NCBI GenBank assembly: GCA_025060975.1
Contig: JANZKA010000003.1
Location: 1,101-65,100, forward strand
DNA length: 64,000 nucleotides
Reading direction: 5' to 3'
Origin: Candidatus Culexarchaeum nevadense
Lineage (GTDB): Archaea > Thermoproteota > Methanomethylicia > Culexarchaeales > Culexarchaeaceae
Shown here: positions 48,263 to 57,887 of the stretch, in pieces
Layout: each line of letters opens with the position of its first letter
How positions within the stretch are numbered: the first letter of the stretch is position 1
Notes under the pieces: generated by a model
Told to the model about the DNA's origin: nothing
What the model saw: only the letters and a program-made list of their open reading frames with translations
Databases searched by the model: none
Position numbers and translations under genes: made by a program

Positions 48263-48548
48263 ACATCCTCTCCTTCCTTAAAACCTTCTTAACAGCCTTA
48301 TAATGCTCCTCACACAAATACACCCTACGGGCAGAGTCAGATGAAAGTTTAAGTCCAAGCTTTGAAAGAGCATTTAAAACCTCCTTAACAGATAATGAGT
48401 GGGAAGCATTATTTACACAACCAACAACACTACAACCCACACCCCTATCAACCCTACCCAAACACAACACACCAAAATATAGAATAGATAAGAGGAAGCT
48501 ATAAATGTATAGGCAGATGAAACCATAACTCAACATTAAGGACCACAC
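48240..48548 (-). CDS. small Cys/His protein (C-x4-C...C-x2-H) overlapping the polB start
   Basis: C-terminal region GCSVVGC...LCEEHY suggests a Zn-ribbon. The N-terminal 30 aa of the ORF are hydrophobic and may lie upstream of the true start. 23-nt overlap with polB. Confidence 0.35.
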   Translation of the reverse strand: MWSLMLSYGFICLYIYSFLLSILYFGVLCLGRVDRGVGCSVVGCVNNASHSLSVKEVLNALSKLGLKLSSDSARRVYLCEEHYKAVKKVLRKERMYERWRFR

Positions 48549-49086
48549 GATCCCTACTTATCCTTCGCCATTTAAAGATTTTAATACTAAGTTTAGAGCC
48601 TATAAAATTGGAGCTTTCTAATAAAGTTATACCTTTATTTTATAGACTATTATTGCTTGCATATCATTCTTTTAACCTCACATATGCAAACTCTACTTAT
48701 CAATATTTTAAATGTAAGTAGATTGGAGAATAAAACGACAGTAGCGGGATGCTGTACCACTTAGCTTTGGACACCGAAGCAAGGTAATTTAGAAACGAAT
48801 ATTTCAACTTTACTGACATGAGCTATACTCTATCTCCTTGAACACTACTTCAACGATTTACATGCTTGGGCAAACGTCCATGATCTTTATTTTGCCTCCA
48901 TTGAAAACCAGATTGAAATCACTATTAAGCCATATTTACTGAGCTCCTCGCACAGGTCAATACGCTTTATTACTTCAACCCTTTCATCATATTTCGCCTT
49001 AATCAAGTCTGCACACCCTAGGAATTTTAGGCATCACACATATTGCTGTTTAACTGTGAAAATTTCAACAACCATTCCACAACCCC

Positions 49087-49410
49087 CTAAACTATTTGTT
49101 CAACAACATGCCTAACAATGGCATTCACAAAATCGACATCTATAGCATCAATAACTTTAAAAATTGCTGGATTAGTAACAGAATAGAACCTCCTACTCTT
49201 GTCTCTTCTATCCCTTACAAGACCACAACGTTTCAATATTGCTAAGTGCCTAGAAACAAGTGGTTGAGGCACCCCCACATAATAGATGATCTCACAAACA
49301 CATCTCTCACCATCACGCAAACACTCAAGAATCTTAAGTCTCACAGGGTCGGCAAACGCATTGAAAACTTTTGCTCTAAACTTTTCTATGTTTTTCATTG
49401 TTGAATGCAT
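49087..49410 (-). CDS. ArsR/SmtB-family metalloregulatory HTH repressor
   Basis: FADPVRLKILECL...CVCEII...LVSRHLAILKRCGLV, a classic ArsR wHTH with a Cys pair. Confidence 0.75.
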   Translation of the reverse strand: MHSTMKNIEKFRAKVFNAFADPVRLKILECLRDGERCVCEIIYYVGVPQPLVSRHLAILKRCGLVRDRRDKSRRFYSVTNPAIFKVIDAIDVDFVNAIVRHVVEQIV

Positions 49411-49473
49411 ATAAAAATAAGTATATAACAGTCTATATATAACAATTTACACAATTATTTAAGGTGAAAAGTA

Positions 49474-49752
49474 ATGAAAGAGGTGAAAGTCGAAGTCATA
49501 GGGACAGATCCACCATGTATCCGTTGCCAAGCAGCAAGAAAAGCCGTGGAAAAAACCGCAGAAAAACTCAAACAATCAAGTGTGATTGTACACATTGAAA
49601 AAGCAAACATAATGTCTAAAGAAGTTGTCCAAAAATATGGCGTTCTGGTTTCGCCAGCTATAGCCATAAACAACACTATCAAGATCGTGGGGCGTGTTCC
49701 AAGTCCAGAGGAAATTGAAAAACTTATAATGGAAGTAGTCAAACAAGGGTAA
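49474..49752 (+). CDS. thioredoxin-like 'redox-active disulfide protein 2' (Thioredoxin_3 family)
   Basis: 92 aa, CIRC (CxxC) near the N-terminus, KYGV..SPAIAIN glutaredoxin-like C-terminus. This family classically pairs with an ArsR regulator and a DUF318 permease. Confidence 0.65.
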   Translation: MKEVKVEVIGTDPPCIRCQAARKAVEKTAEKLKQSSVIVHIEKANIMSKEVVQKYGVLVSPAIAINNTIKIVGRVPSPEEIEKLIMEVVKQG

Positions 49753-49766
49753 AAGGCGAAAAACAT

Positions 49767-50825
49767 ATGAAAGAAGAAACTAAGAGGACTGTTCGAACAG
49801 CTGTTTTGCTAGTCTTCTTCATAATAGTGATAAGTCTCTTCATTTACAGTCGAGTTACAGCTAGACCTACGAAAGAAACATTTAAGGATAAACTGGACAC
49901 GCTTGGTTTATGGGAAACCCCACTTGTATACTTGGCTATTCCAGCGCTATATATTGTCGACTACTTTAGCCACTCTTGGATATGTCTCCTTTTTGCCTTC
50001 AGCGTTGCCGGTCTAATTTACGAGTTTGTACCAAAGGAAGTTATAACCAAGTATATGGGGAGAGGAAAAACCGTTGGGTATATTTTGGCTCTTGGAATGG
50101 CACCCTTCCTAACAGTTTGTTCATGCACAATGGTTCCACTATTTGGCGGAATGTTATATGCTGGAGCTGGAATAGGACCGGCAATCGCATTCCTCCTAAT
50201 GGCGCCAGCGGCAAACATTTTGACAATTCTTATGACTGGTGAAATGATTTCATGGGAAATAGCTGGAGTACGCATCCTTGCATCAGCAGTAGTAGCCTTA
50301 ATAGCAGGTTTAATAGTCTCCATGACACCGTGGGGTAAGGCTATTGAAAAAGAATTTCAAGTAGCCAATTCCGCTATGCCTTCCACAAAAGTGGAAATTG
50401 TTAAACCATCCTTAGATGAGAGACTCTGGGCTGTACTAAAATTTGCTGGATACTTAGCCAAACAGATCCTCCCATTCTTTATCATAGGGCTAATAGTTGT
50501 AGGCTACCTCTCGGTCTTCGTACCAGAAGAAATTGTTGAAGCATACTTGAGGGGGTCCGCGGGAATTTTGATTGCATCTGTCCTCGGCGGCCCACTTTAC
50601 ACGCCCACGCTCGTTGAAATCGCTCTAGGACAAGAATTGTGGAATAAGGGCATGTCAAAGGGTGCTTTGCTTAGCTGGCTTATGGGACAACCCTACGACT
50701 TCGCCAATGCTATGGCTGTTTCCAGAATAGTTAAATGGAAGATTGTGGTAACCTATTTCATAGTCGCATGGGCTGGAAGCGTAACCTTTGGATTCCTATA
50801 CGGCATGTTAAGCGGGTCGCTATAG
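49767..50825 (+). CDS. DUF318 / ArsP-like permease
   Basis: 8 TM helices and a TVCSC motif corresponding to the ArsP T-P-F-C-S-C signature. 352 aa. Confidence 0.6.
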   Translation: MKEETKRTVRTAVLLVFFIIVISLFIYSRVTARPTKETFKDKLDTLGLWETPLVYLAIPALYIVDYFSHSWICLLFAFSVAGLIYEFVPKEVITKYMGRGKTVGYILALGMAPFLTVCSCTMVPLFGGMLYAGAGIGPAIAFLLMAPAANILTILMTGEMISWEIAGVRILASAVVALIAGLIVSMTPWGKAIEKEFQVANSAMPSTKVEIVKPSLDERLWAVLKFAGYLAKQILPFFIIGLIVVGYLSVFVPEEIVEAYLRGSAGILIASVLGGPLYTPTLVEIALGQELWNKGMSKGALLSWLMGQPYDFANAMAVSRIVKWKIVVTYFIVAWAGSVTFGFLYGMLSGSL

Positions 50826-52022
50826 CCCATGATCAGTAAAAACAATTTAGAAGTAAAGCGTCCTCACCCACACACCCAAGAAGCATAAAAGCCAAGGCTA
50901 TTCAGCCAATAAGAAGTCAAGTACTAAGATCAGCGTTTCAGCTTCAGTTAACTTAGAATATGGGTAAGCGTTTAGATGTCAAATGTAAGGATTTGAATAC
51001 ATCAGGTACCCCGTTAAATGATCCAGAGACTGTTTTGAACATAAACTTGCGACAAGATTCACATATCTTCGTAATTTATAATGCTAGAAAATAAGGGAAA
51101 GATAAAAAATGCAAGTCATGACAACCAAATAGGAAACTGGAATAAGCTTAAATACCCCCCTACAGACTAAAAATCTAAAGTTTCTAGAAGTTTTATCCAA
51201 TTCCAATTTGCTAAACAAAGGTTTCAAGAATCAGAAAAATCAAATTGCTCATCGCAAACGTGACGGCACGTAGAGGTACACATCTGAATCGATAATCAAA
51301 GTCTAGTCAAATTTCGACTTCGGAAAAACGTTAAGATGGATAACCCTACCAGCTATTTGAATTGTAAAGAGAATTTATGAAAGTTGAATCAACACGATTT
51401 AACTCATACTTAACTTTATTCAAGAGTTTTCAGACACATCAATCAGCTGTATGAAACGATCAAACATAAAAATCCCTTACGTATCTAAGATACTTTAAAC
51501 AATCTTCAATAACCATTAAAGCTAATAAAAATTTCGAAAATGAATTTGGCAGAATAATGTTTTCATCATACCACATATAAAACTTAAGTATTCTAAAAAT
51601 ATTCTTTTAATCACCATTAACAGAAACTCATTAAACTTTCAAATGACCGAATACGCTTCGCCTTTTCTTAAATTGCGGGTTTCTTACAGTCTACTTAATT
51701 GAAAAATCTAAGATTTGAATGTTTAAATATGATGTCCTAAAGAAAGTTGTTAAAGGGGATGCTAAAAGACAGACAGCTTAATGAAATGACTAAAAAAGGT
51801 AAGAGAAACATGATGAAAAACGATTATGTTTTGAAAATACTGAAAACTTACCCCTTGAATAGAATCTCTTGTGATGATAACAAGCTTACACACCACCATT
51901 ATTCCGCTAAATATTTCTCAAGCTCTTTAAAAGAGGATTACATGTCTGTAACTAAACTTTTCAAAGATATATCAAGAAAACAAGAGAGGAAAAAATATAT
52001 GAACGTTCGAGTAGGGGGAATC

Positions 52023-52100
52023 GGGCCCGTAGCTCAGTTTGGATAGAGCACTGGCCTCCGGAGCCAGGGGTCCCGGGTTCAAATCCCGGCGGGCCCGCCA
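52023..52100 (+). tRNA. tRNA-Arg: tRNA-Arg (anticodon CCG), CCA encoded
   Basis: Cloverleaf: acceptor GGGCCCG/CGGGCCC, D-arm GCUC/GAGC, anticodon stem CUGGC/GCCAG with loop CUCCGGA (anticodon CCG), T-arm CCGGG-UUCAAAU-CCCGG, discriminator G, 3' CCA. 78 nt, no intron. Confidence 0.9.
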
Positions 52101-52529
52101 CCTTTTAAATACAGTATACTTTGAAATTGTTTAAGGGATAATTGACTCTCCCGAAATGAAGATTGAAAATAGTATATTGAGTTTCTGAAAATTACCGAAA
52201 ATGTTTATCTTGTTCAGAAAGTTAAACAAAACTGGGCATTAGCATTTCACCTTTCTAAGTGGAGAAGAATGCGAATATGATTGAAAGATCGTTTGGAAAG
52301 TAAGCTGAGACAGTACGAGGAAATAATTAAAAAATAAGTATTTTCTTGAACAATTCCAAGTAATTGTAGTGTAAATAGCCTTGAAAAGGGATATGGCGTT
52401 TTGCTCATGTAATTATAATCGCCTTCATCACCACCCTACTGTGGATTTCACTATTAAAGGGTTTTTGCCCGAAGAACTCTGTCAAGCTTACTTAACCTAC
52501 TTTAACATTCTACGAGTGATAACAGTTTA

Positions 52530-53303
52530 ATGATAGGCGCCCTCATAATTGAATTGTTGACATCACTTATTACTGCTAGGCTTAAACATTTGAAGAGAGA
52601 AATCTACCTAGTTCGAAACGTTGTTGTCGTGATAGGGTATGTGGTGATAAGCCTCATAGCGTTAGCCATGTTTGAAGTTACAGGTGTAAGCGTCCTTGCA
52701 GGAGCCACAGTTTCAGGTTTAGTGATCGGTTTAGGGTTACAACTAATCCTAGCCAACTTTTTCGCTGGACTAATTATTCTTGAAACAGGTTTCCTTAGAC
52801 CAGAGGCCAGCGTTAAAATTTCTGACGGTATACCACTTTCAGTAGTGTCTTTTCCAGCCTATAAAATGTTCAGTTTAAATGAGTTTATGCCAACCTTACG
52901 TGGCGTAGTTGTTGAAGTCAACTTGATGCATACTAAAATTCTATCTGAAAGTGATGAACTTGTGAATATTCCAAACATGGCCTTCAACAATAGCGTTATC
53001 ATTGAGAAGAAGAAGGAGCCAAAAACCATGCGAGTCCGCTATGAGTTTTCAGTACAATACGACCCGGACACTGTGCTAAAGAAGATACGAGAAGAACTTG
53101 ACAAGAATAATATCAGCGAGTACAAAGTTTATCTTGAAGAACAAAGCGACAAAAACTATTACATAGTTCTCCTAGTGGCAACAGCACTTTCAAACATGAA
53201 AGTTAGGGATTTTCGGTCAGAGATTCTAAAGCATATAATAAAAGTTCATAGAATGCTTATTCAACAAGCATGGAATATAACACGTTCCATAATTGCTGTA
53301 TGA
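52530..53303 (+). CDS. small-conductance mechanosensitive channel (MscS family)
   Basis: Pore-lining TM3 motif GLVIGLGLQLILANFFAGLIIL followed by a beta-domain. 257 aa. Confidence 0.75.
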   Translation: MIGALIIELLTSLITARLKHLKREIYLVRNVVVVIGYVVISLIALAMFEVTGVSVLAGATVSGLVIGLGLQLILANFFAGLIILETGFLRPEASVKISDGIPLSVVSFPAYKMFSLNEFMPTLRGVVVEVNLMHTKILSESDELVNIPNMAFNNSVIIEKKKEPKTMRVRYEFSVQYDPDTVLKKIREELDKNNISEYKVYLEEQSDKNYYIVLLVATALSNMKVRDFRSEILKHIIKVHRMLIQQAWNITRSIIAV

Positions 53304-53430
53304 AATGAAAACCATGGCTAGGGGGATTCCCGAAAAGTTTATCAAAAACTACACTTGAAAGACATTACTAGCTTATGTAGGCTATCCTAAGCTTCAGTAA
53401 CTTTATTTAAATTTTAGTATACAAAAAGCC

Positions 53431-53460
53431 TTTTAAAGTGTGTATAGTAAGAGGAGGGGG
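53431..53460 (+). promoter_or_regulatory. putative TATA (ttttaaag) plus Shine-Dalgarno (gaggaggggg) upstream of the FNT gene
   Basis: A/T box about 30 nt upstream. A strong GGAGG RBS lies 6-15 nt before the ATG at 53466. Confidence 0.3.
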
Positions 53461-53465
53461 AGGGG

Positions 53466-54278
53466 ATGCCCTTAAAATCTCCATCTGAAATTGCGAGTGC
53501 TATATGTAAAGCTGGTGTAGAGAAAGCTAAGCTACCTCTTGATAAGATGTTTGTACTTGGAACACTTGCTGGAGTATATATAGGTTTTGGATGCCAGTTA
53601 ATGATAACAGTAACACAAGATTTAACTTCAATAAGTCTTGGCCTTTCACAACTGTTGGGTGGAGCTGTATTCTCCGTGGGATTGATGCTAGTTGTAATTG
53701 CTGGAGCTGAACTTTTCACGGGGAATTGCCTAATGATGATACCATTATGTAGTGGAGAAATAAACTGGAGGGGGTTGGCTGGGAATTGGATCATCGTTTA
53801 CATATCAAATTTCATTGGATCCGTATTACTTGCCTCTATTGTTTTCCTTAGTGGATTGTATTCAATGGGGAATTATGCTGTTGGGGTGAGAGCTCTTTCA
53901 ATAGCAAACATGAAGGTGAATCTCCCCTTTCTACAGGCGTTAATGAGGGGTATTGGATGTAATTGGCTAGTTTGTTTAGCAGTTTGGCTTGCAAATTCAT
54001 CAGACACTGTAACTGGTAAAATACTCTCCTGCCTTTTCCCGATAATGGCTTTCGTTGCAATTGGATTTGAACATAGCATTGCTAACATGTACTTTATTCC
54101 AATGGGGATCTTCCTTAAAGGAGTTCCTGAAGTTATAGCTAGATTTAAAGAACCTATAACTAACCTTACATGGGAAGGCTTCTTATACAACAACCTTCTA
54201 CCAGTAACCATTGGGAATATAATTGGAGGCAGTCTTTTCGTTGGAGTACTCTATTGGTATGCATACTTAAAGAAATGA
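53466..54278 (+). CDS. formate/nitrite transporter (FNT) family channel
   Basis: FNT signatures (LVVIAGAELFTGN, GIGCNWLVCLAVW, GFEHSIANMY). 270 aa. Confidence 0.8.
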   Translation: MPLKSPSEIASAICKAGVEKAKLPLDKMFVLGTLAGVYIGFGCQLMITVTQDLTSISLGLSQLLGGAVFSVGLMLVVIAGAELFTGNCLMMIPLCSGEINWRGLAGNWIIVYISNFIGSVLLASIVFLSGLYSMGNYAVGVRALSIANMKVNLPFLQALMRGIGCNWLVCLAVWLANSSDTVTGKILSCLFPIMAFVAIGFEHSIANMYFIPMGIFLKGVPEVIARFKEPITNLTWEGFLYNNLLPVTIGNIIGGSLFVGVLYWYAYLKK

Positions 54279-54381
54279 TTAAGTGAAGATAAAACTCATA
54301 TTTACTCATCCCTTTTCAATTTTCAATAGATTTAGGAAGCTAACGACACCATGTAATGTTAGTAGCATCTTAGAAATGCAG

Positions 54382-54720
54382 TTAATGTTTGTGCTTCATA
54401 AGTTTTCCACGAAACACATAAAACATTACTGAAAACACTATTACCATTACCATTACAAATTCGAGGAAAACATTCCCAGTAACAATGTATCCATACATGA
54501 GAATAGCAAGAGAGCCTATTATTGAGAGTAAATTAAATAGAGTTTTCAATCTAGGCTTATCCATGGCAATCGTAGATGAAAATATAAGCACTATCGTAGT
54601 GAAACATAAAGCTGAACCAAGAGTTAATGTAATAGTATCACTGGAAGAAATACCCTCAAAAATCATGAATAACCCAATTACAATCCAGAATAGGTATGTG
54701 AAGCTTATGGAGCTACTCAT
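54382..54720 (-). CDS. small membrane protein (3-4 TM)
   Basis: ORF only. Confidence 0.3.
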   Translation of the reverse strand: MSSSISFTYLFWIVIGLFMIFEGISSSDTITLTLGSALCFTTIVLIFSSTIAMDKPRLKTLFNLLSIIGSLAILMYGYIVTGNVFLEFVMVMVIVFSVMFYVFRGKLMKHKH

Positions 54721-54777
54721 TCACAACACAAACAATATAAGGGGGTTACAGGAATTTAAGTGTTAAGTACGTAATTA

Positions 54778-55473
54778 ATGAATCACAAAATACTAAGCTC
54801 ATTCTGTGTGGTGACTAGATTGGAGGAATTAGTACTTGATGGAAAGATTTTGGAATTGGAAAAGTTAATTGAAGAATTAAGAGACCATACAAACTTTTTA
54901 AAATGGTGTTTTAAGAGGTTTCTAGTGCCATTAATGGGACTTATTATGATACTAAGCCTAATTTGGAACGTGAACCTTGTGGGGTTAATATTTTTCTCAA
55001 CCATAACGTTCTTTTATGGTGGGTTCCTGCCAGACATAGATATACTTGTGAGGAAGACCGATAATCCACTTGAAGAGTCATTATGGTATGAAAAATACAC
55101 GTATCTCTTCTTAGCTCCAATAGTATTATATTACACTTTGATTGGCAGAGCTAAACCAATATATTCGATTAAAAGTAAATGCTTCCATAACATTGAATCA
55201 GCATTAATTTACGGTTTGTTAATCTTTGTAGTTTCATGCATATTCTGGCATGAATTTTGGATGAGAATAACTCCATCCATAACTGGCTTCATAGGATATT
55301 TAACACACTTAATTGTAGATGGCTTCATAAATATATCCAGTGAAATGAATAAAAGGATATACTATTGGTTTAGTTTGAAATGTGGCACCATAATTACCGA
55401 TGACAATTTAATAATGGAATTCTATAGTTTCCCCATAGTATTCGAGAATTACATAATTCTCCAGCTTGTGTAG
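54778..55473 (+). CDS. membrane-bound metal-dependent hydrolase-like protein (YdjM/DUF457 family)
   Basis: GGFLPDIDIL and GYLTHLIVDGF His/Asp motifs within TM segments. Confidence 0.45.
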   Translation: MNHKILSSFCVVTRLEELVLDGKILELEKLIEELRDHTNFLKWCFKRFLVPLMGLIMILSLIWNVNLVGLIFFSTITFFYGGFLPDIDILVRKTDNPLEESLWYEKYTYLFLAPIVLYYTLIGRAKPIYSIKSKCFHNIESALIYGLLIFVVSCIFWHEFWMRITPSITGFIGYLTHLIVDGFINISSEMNKRIYYWFSLKCGTIITDDNLIMEFYSFPIVFENYIILQLV

Positions 55474-57840
55474 ATCTCTCAACTCATCAATTATATCAGC
55501 ATACTCCTTGGAAAACTTTATTTCAACTTTAATTGGACTACTCAAACTTAACCCTAAATTCTTCTTCAAATTCCATATCTTGCTATTAGCGTTCACAAGT
55601 AACTCCAGGGGTTTAGATGAATAACGCCAATCACTCCTTGGATCATCAATCCTCTCAAGATGTATACTTCTCTTAGAGTAAAGCCTCCTCCATATGGAGT
55701 CTGTTATTATCGGCATTATTGGAGCCAACAGTTTTAAGACGTTACTTAAAACTTCATGTAGAACATACCATGAAGCCTTCTGCTGTCCATATGGATACTT
55801 TCCATTGAAGTTGTAAGCTCTCGACTTTACCGCTTCAATATAATGTGATGCAAATAGATTCCATGTGAAATTGTAAATTTCATTGATAGGTGTATAGACA
55901 TCCATGGAATTATATGCTGATATACATTTATCTAGAAGCATGTTTAAACTTGAGAGCATAGCCTTATCTAAGGGTCTAAGTTCAATTTCACTTGGATCTG
56001 GACGTGGGAATGATGATATAAATCTAGATATATTCCAAAGCTTGGTAATAAAGAGTGATCCAGTCTTAATTAGCTGTTCTGAAAATCTATAATCACTCCC
56101 AAGCTTGGAAGCTGAAGCTGCCCAAAACCTAAATGCATCCACACCATACTTCTTAAGGTATGGCTCTGGATCTATCACGTTACCCTTAGATTTATGCATA
56201 GCCTCCCCCTTCTCATCTAGACCCATACCGCTAATCCTAACATACTTGAACGCTGGCTTACCCATTAATTGATAGATTCTTAGAACTGAGTAGTATAACC
56301 AAGTCCTAATGATATCATAACCTTGAGGTCTAACAGTATTCGGGAATAGCTTATTGAATAACTTGTCATCACCATACTTTGAGACATATAGGACGCTTAT
56401 GGAAGAATCAAACCAAGTGTCGAGTACCTTCAACTCCCCCCTAAGCCTACCCCTAGGAGCATTACATTTCGGGCATTGCTGAAATGGAGGTTCATCAATC
56501 CAAGGCCTATAATATCTTCCAGGTTCAGGTAGTAGGATTTCACCACAATCAAGACATCTCCAAACGGGAACCTCGGTAGCATAATATCTATCCTTACTGA
56601 TAGGCCAATCAGTAGATACGGATTCAATCCAATCTAAAAGCCTCCTCCTATGCTCTTCTGGATAGAATATCATGAGCTGAGACACCCTCTTCAAATCCCC
56701 CTTGAAATCCAATTGTTTAAGGAAATATTCCTTGGAATTTATGAATTCAATTGGAGTTTTACATCTCCAGCAAACTGGATGTTCACGCACAAGATCCTCA
56801 ACTTTAACGATCAACCCCCTGGAATAAAGCTCCTCCACAATCCTCATCCTAGCTTCAACAATACTCAACCCCCTCAGAAATCCTGAAAACTCATTCATCC
56901 TTCCATCCCTATCAATTATAACTCTAGGCTCTAAACCCATATCCCTAAAAATCTTAACATCTACACTATCACCATAACTACATATCATGGCAAGTCCAGT
57001 TCCAAACTCCGGTTTAGCTTCCCCCCTCTCAACTATTGGAACTATTTGACCATATATTGGGACCACTGCATGAAGACCATGCAACCTCTTATACCTATCA
57101 TCAAATGGATTATAAATGACTATGGAGCATGCAGCTAAAAGTTCAGGTCTAGTTGTAGCTATAACTATATCTTCACCAGTCTCATGAACTTTAAACTTAA
57201 TATAATAGAGTTTAGCTACATCAGACTTGTACTCAAGCTCTGCATCAGCAAGCGTTGTCCTACAACGTGGACACCAATTTACAGGCCTCTCATCCTCATA
57301 TATGAGTCCACGCTTAAACAATTCAATGAATGTTGCTTGAGTTATACGCCTATACTCTGGACTATCAGTCCCCGAAGGCCAATACTCAAAGCTACATCCA
57401 CCCCTAATCAACCCATCAACCAAAATCTTCTCCACCGAATCAAGCTCAGATTTACATAATTTCAAGAACTCCATTCTACCATTAGGTGTTGAAGCAAGCT
57501 CATGTATGTTTAAATTAAACTTACGCTCCACTTGAACCTCTACTGGAAGACCATTCCTATCAGCGTAGAAGGGGAGCAACACATTGTAACCTCTCATCCT
57601 AAAGTATCTTGCCACCATATCTATCTGCATATAGTGAGCCAAGTTTCCAACATTCCACGGCCCTGAAACGTAGGGCGGCGGTGTATCAAAGACTATTACT
57701 GGTCTATCATCACTTGGATCATAATTGAACTTGTATATCCCCTCAGACCACCAAGACTCTATAATCTTAGATTCCTCAGCCCTATCCCAACGTTTCTCAA
57801 CTATAATGGGTTTAAACTCTTCACCAATAAAACCCACCAA
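55408..57840 (-). CDS. class Ia aminoacyl-tRNA synthetase, ValRS-like, with non-canonical HIGH and KMSKS motifs
   Basis: TPPPYVSG, editing-domain ATTRPEL, Zn knuckles (CPRCRT, CWRCKTP, CLDCG, CPKCN) and the overall 810-aa layout resemble archaeal ValRS. The HIGH position reads NVGN/NLAH and the KMSKS position reads AMHKSKG. Confidence 0.6.
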   Translation of the reverse strand: MVGFIGEEFKPIIVEKRWDRAEESKIIESWWSEGIYKFNYDPSDDRPVIVFDTPPPYVSGPWNVGNLAHYMQIDMVARYFRMRGYNVLLPFYADRNGLPVEVQVERKFNLNIHELASTPNGRMEFLKLCKSELDSVEKILVDGLIRGGCSFEYWPSGTDSPEYRRITQATFIELFKRGLIYEDERPVNWCPRCRTTLADAELEYKSDVAKLYYIKFKVHETGEDIVIATTRPELLAACSIVIYNPFDDRYKRLHGLHAVVPIYGQIVPIVERGEAKPEFGTGLAMICSYGDSVDVKIFRDMGLEPRVIIDRDGRMNEFSGFLRGLSIVEARMRIVEELYSRGLIVKVEDLVREHPVCWRCKTPIEFINSKEYFLKQLDFKGDLKRVSQLMIFYPEEHRRRLLDWIESVSTDWPISKDRYYATEVPVWRCLDCGEILLPEPGRYYRPWIDEPPFQQCPKCNAPRGRLRGELKVLDTWFDSSISVLYVSKYGDDKLFNKLFPNTVRPQGYDIIRTWLYYSVLRIYQLMGKPAFKYVRISGMGLDEKGEAMHKSKGNVIDPEPYLKKYGVDAFRFWAASASKLGSDYRFSEQLIKTGSLFITKLWNISRFISSFPRPDPSEIELRPLDKAMLSSLNMLLDKCISAYNSMDVYTPINEIYNFTWNLFASHYIEAVKSRAYNFNGKYPYGQQKASWYVLHEVLSNVLKLLAPIMPIITDSIWRRLYSKRSIHLERIDDPRSDWRYSSKPLELLVNANSKIWNLKKNLGLSLSSPIKVEIKFSKEYADIIDELRDLHKLENYVILEYYGETIEFHY

Positions 57841-57887
57841 TCAGCAGTAAACTATAATTTTGATATGTGAAATAAACTTTTCGCAGT

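Noticed and set aside
51747-52046. 99-aa ORF reading into the 5' half of tRNA-Arg (ends ...VGGIGPVAQFG).
   Set aside because: It overlaps the tRNA gene on the same strand, has A-rich low-complexity codons and no RBS or TATA. The tail is just the tRNA acceptor and D-arm translated. I treat it as spurious, though the region may hold decayed element remnants.
57634-57660. Possibility that the odd HIGH region of the ValRS-like gene is a frameshift or sequencing artefact.
   Set aside because: The reading frame is continuous with conserved residues on both sides (TPPPYVSG before, RMRGYNV after), and the KMSKS region is independently degenerate. It therefore looks like genuine divergence rather than an indel error, although resequencing could still overturn this.
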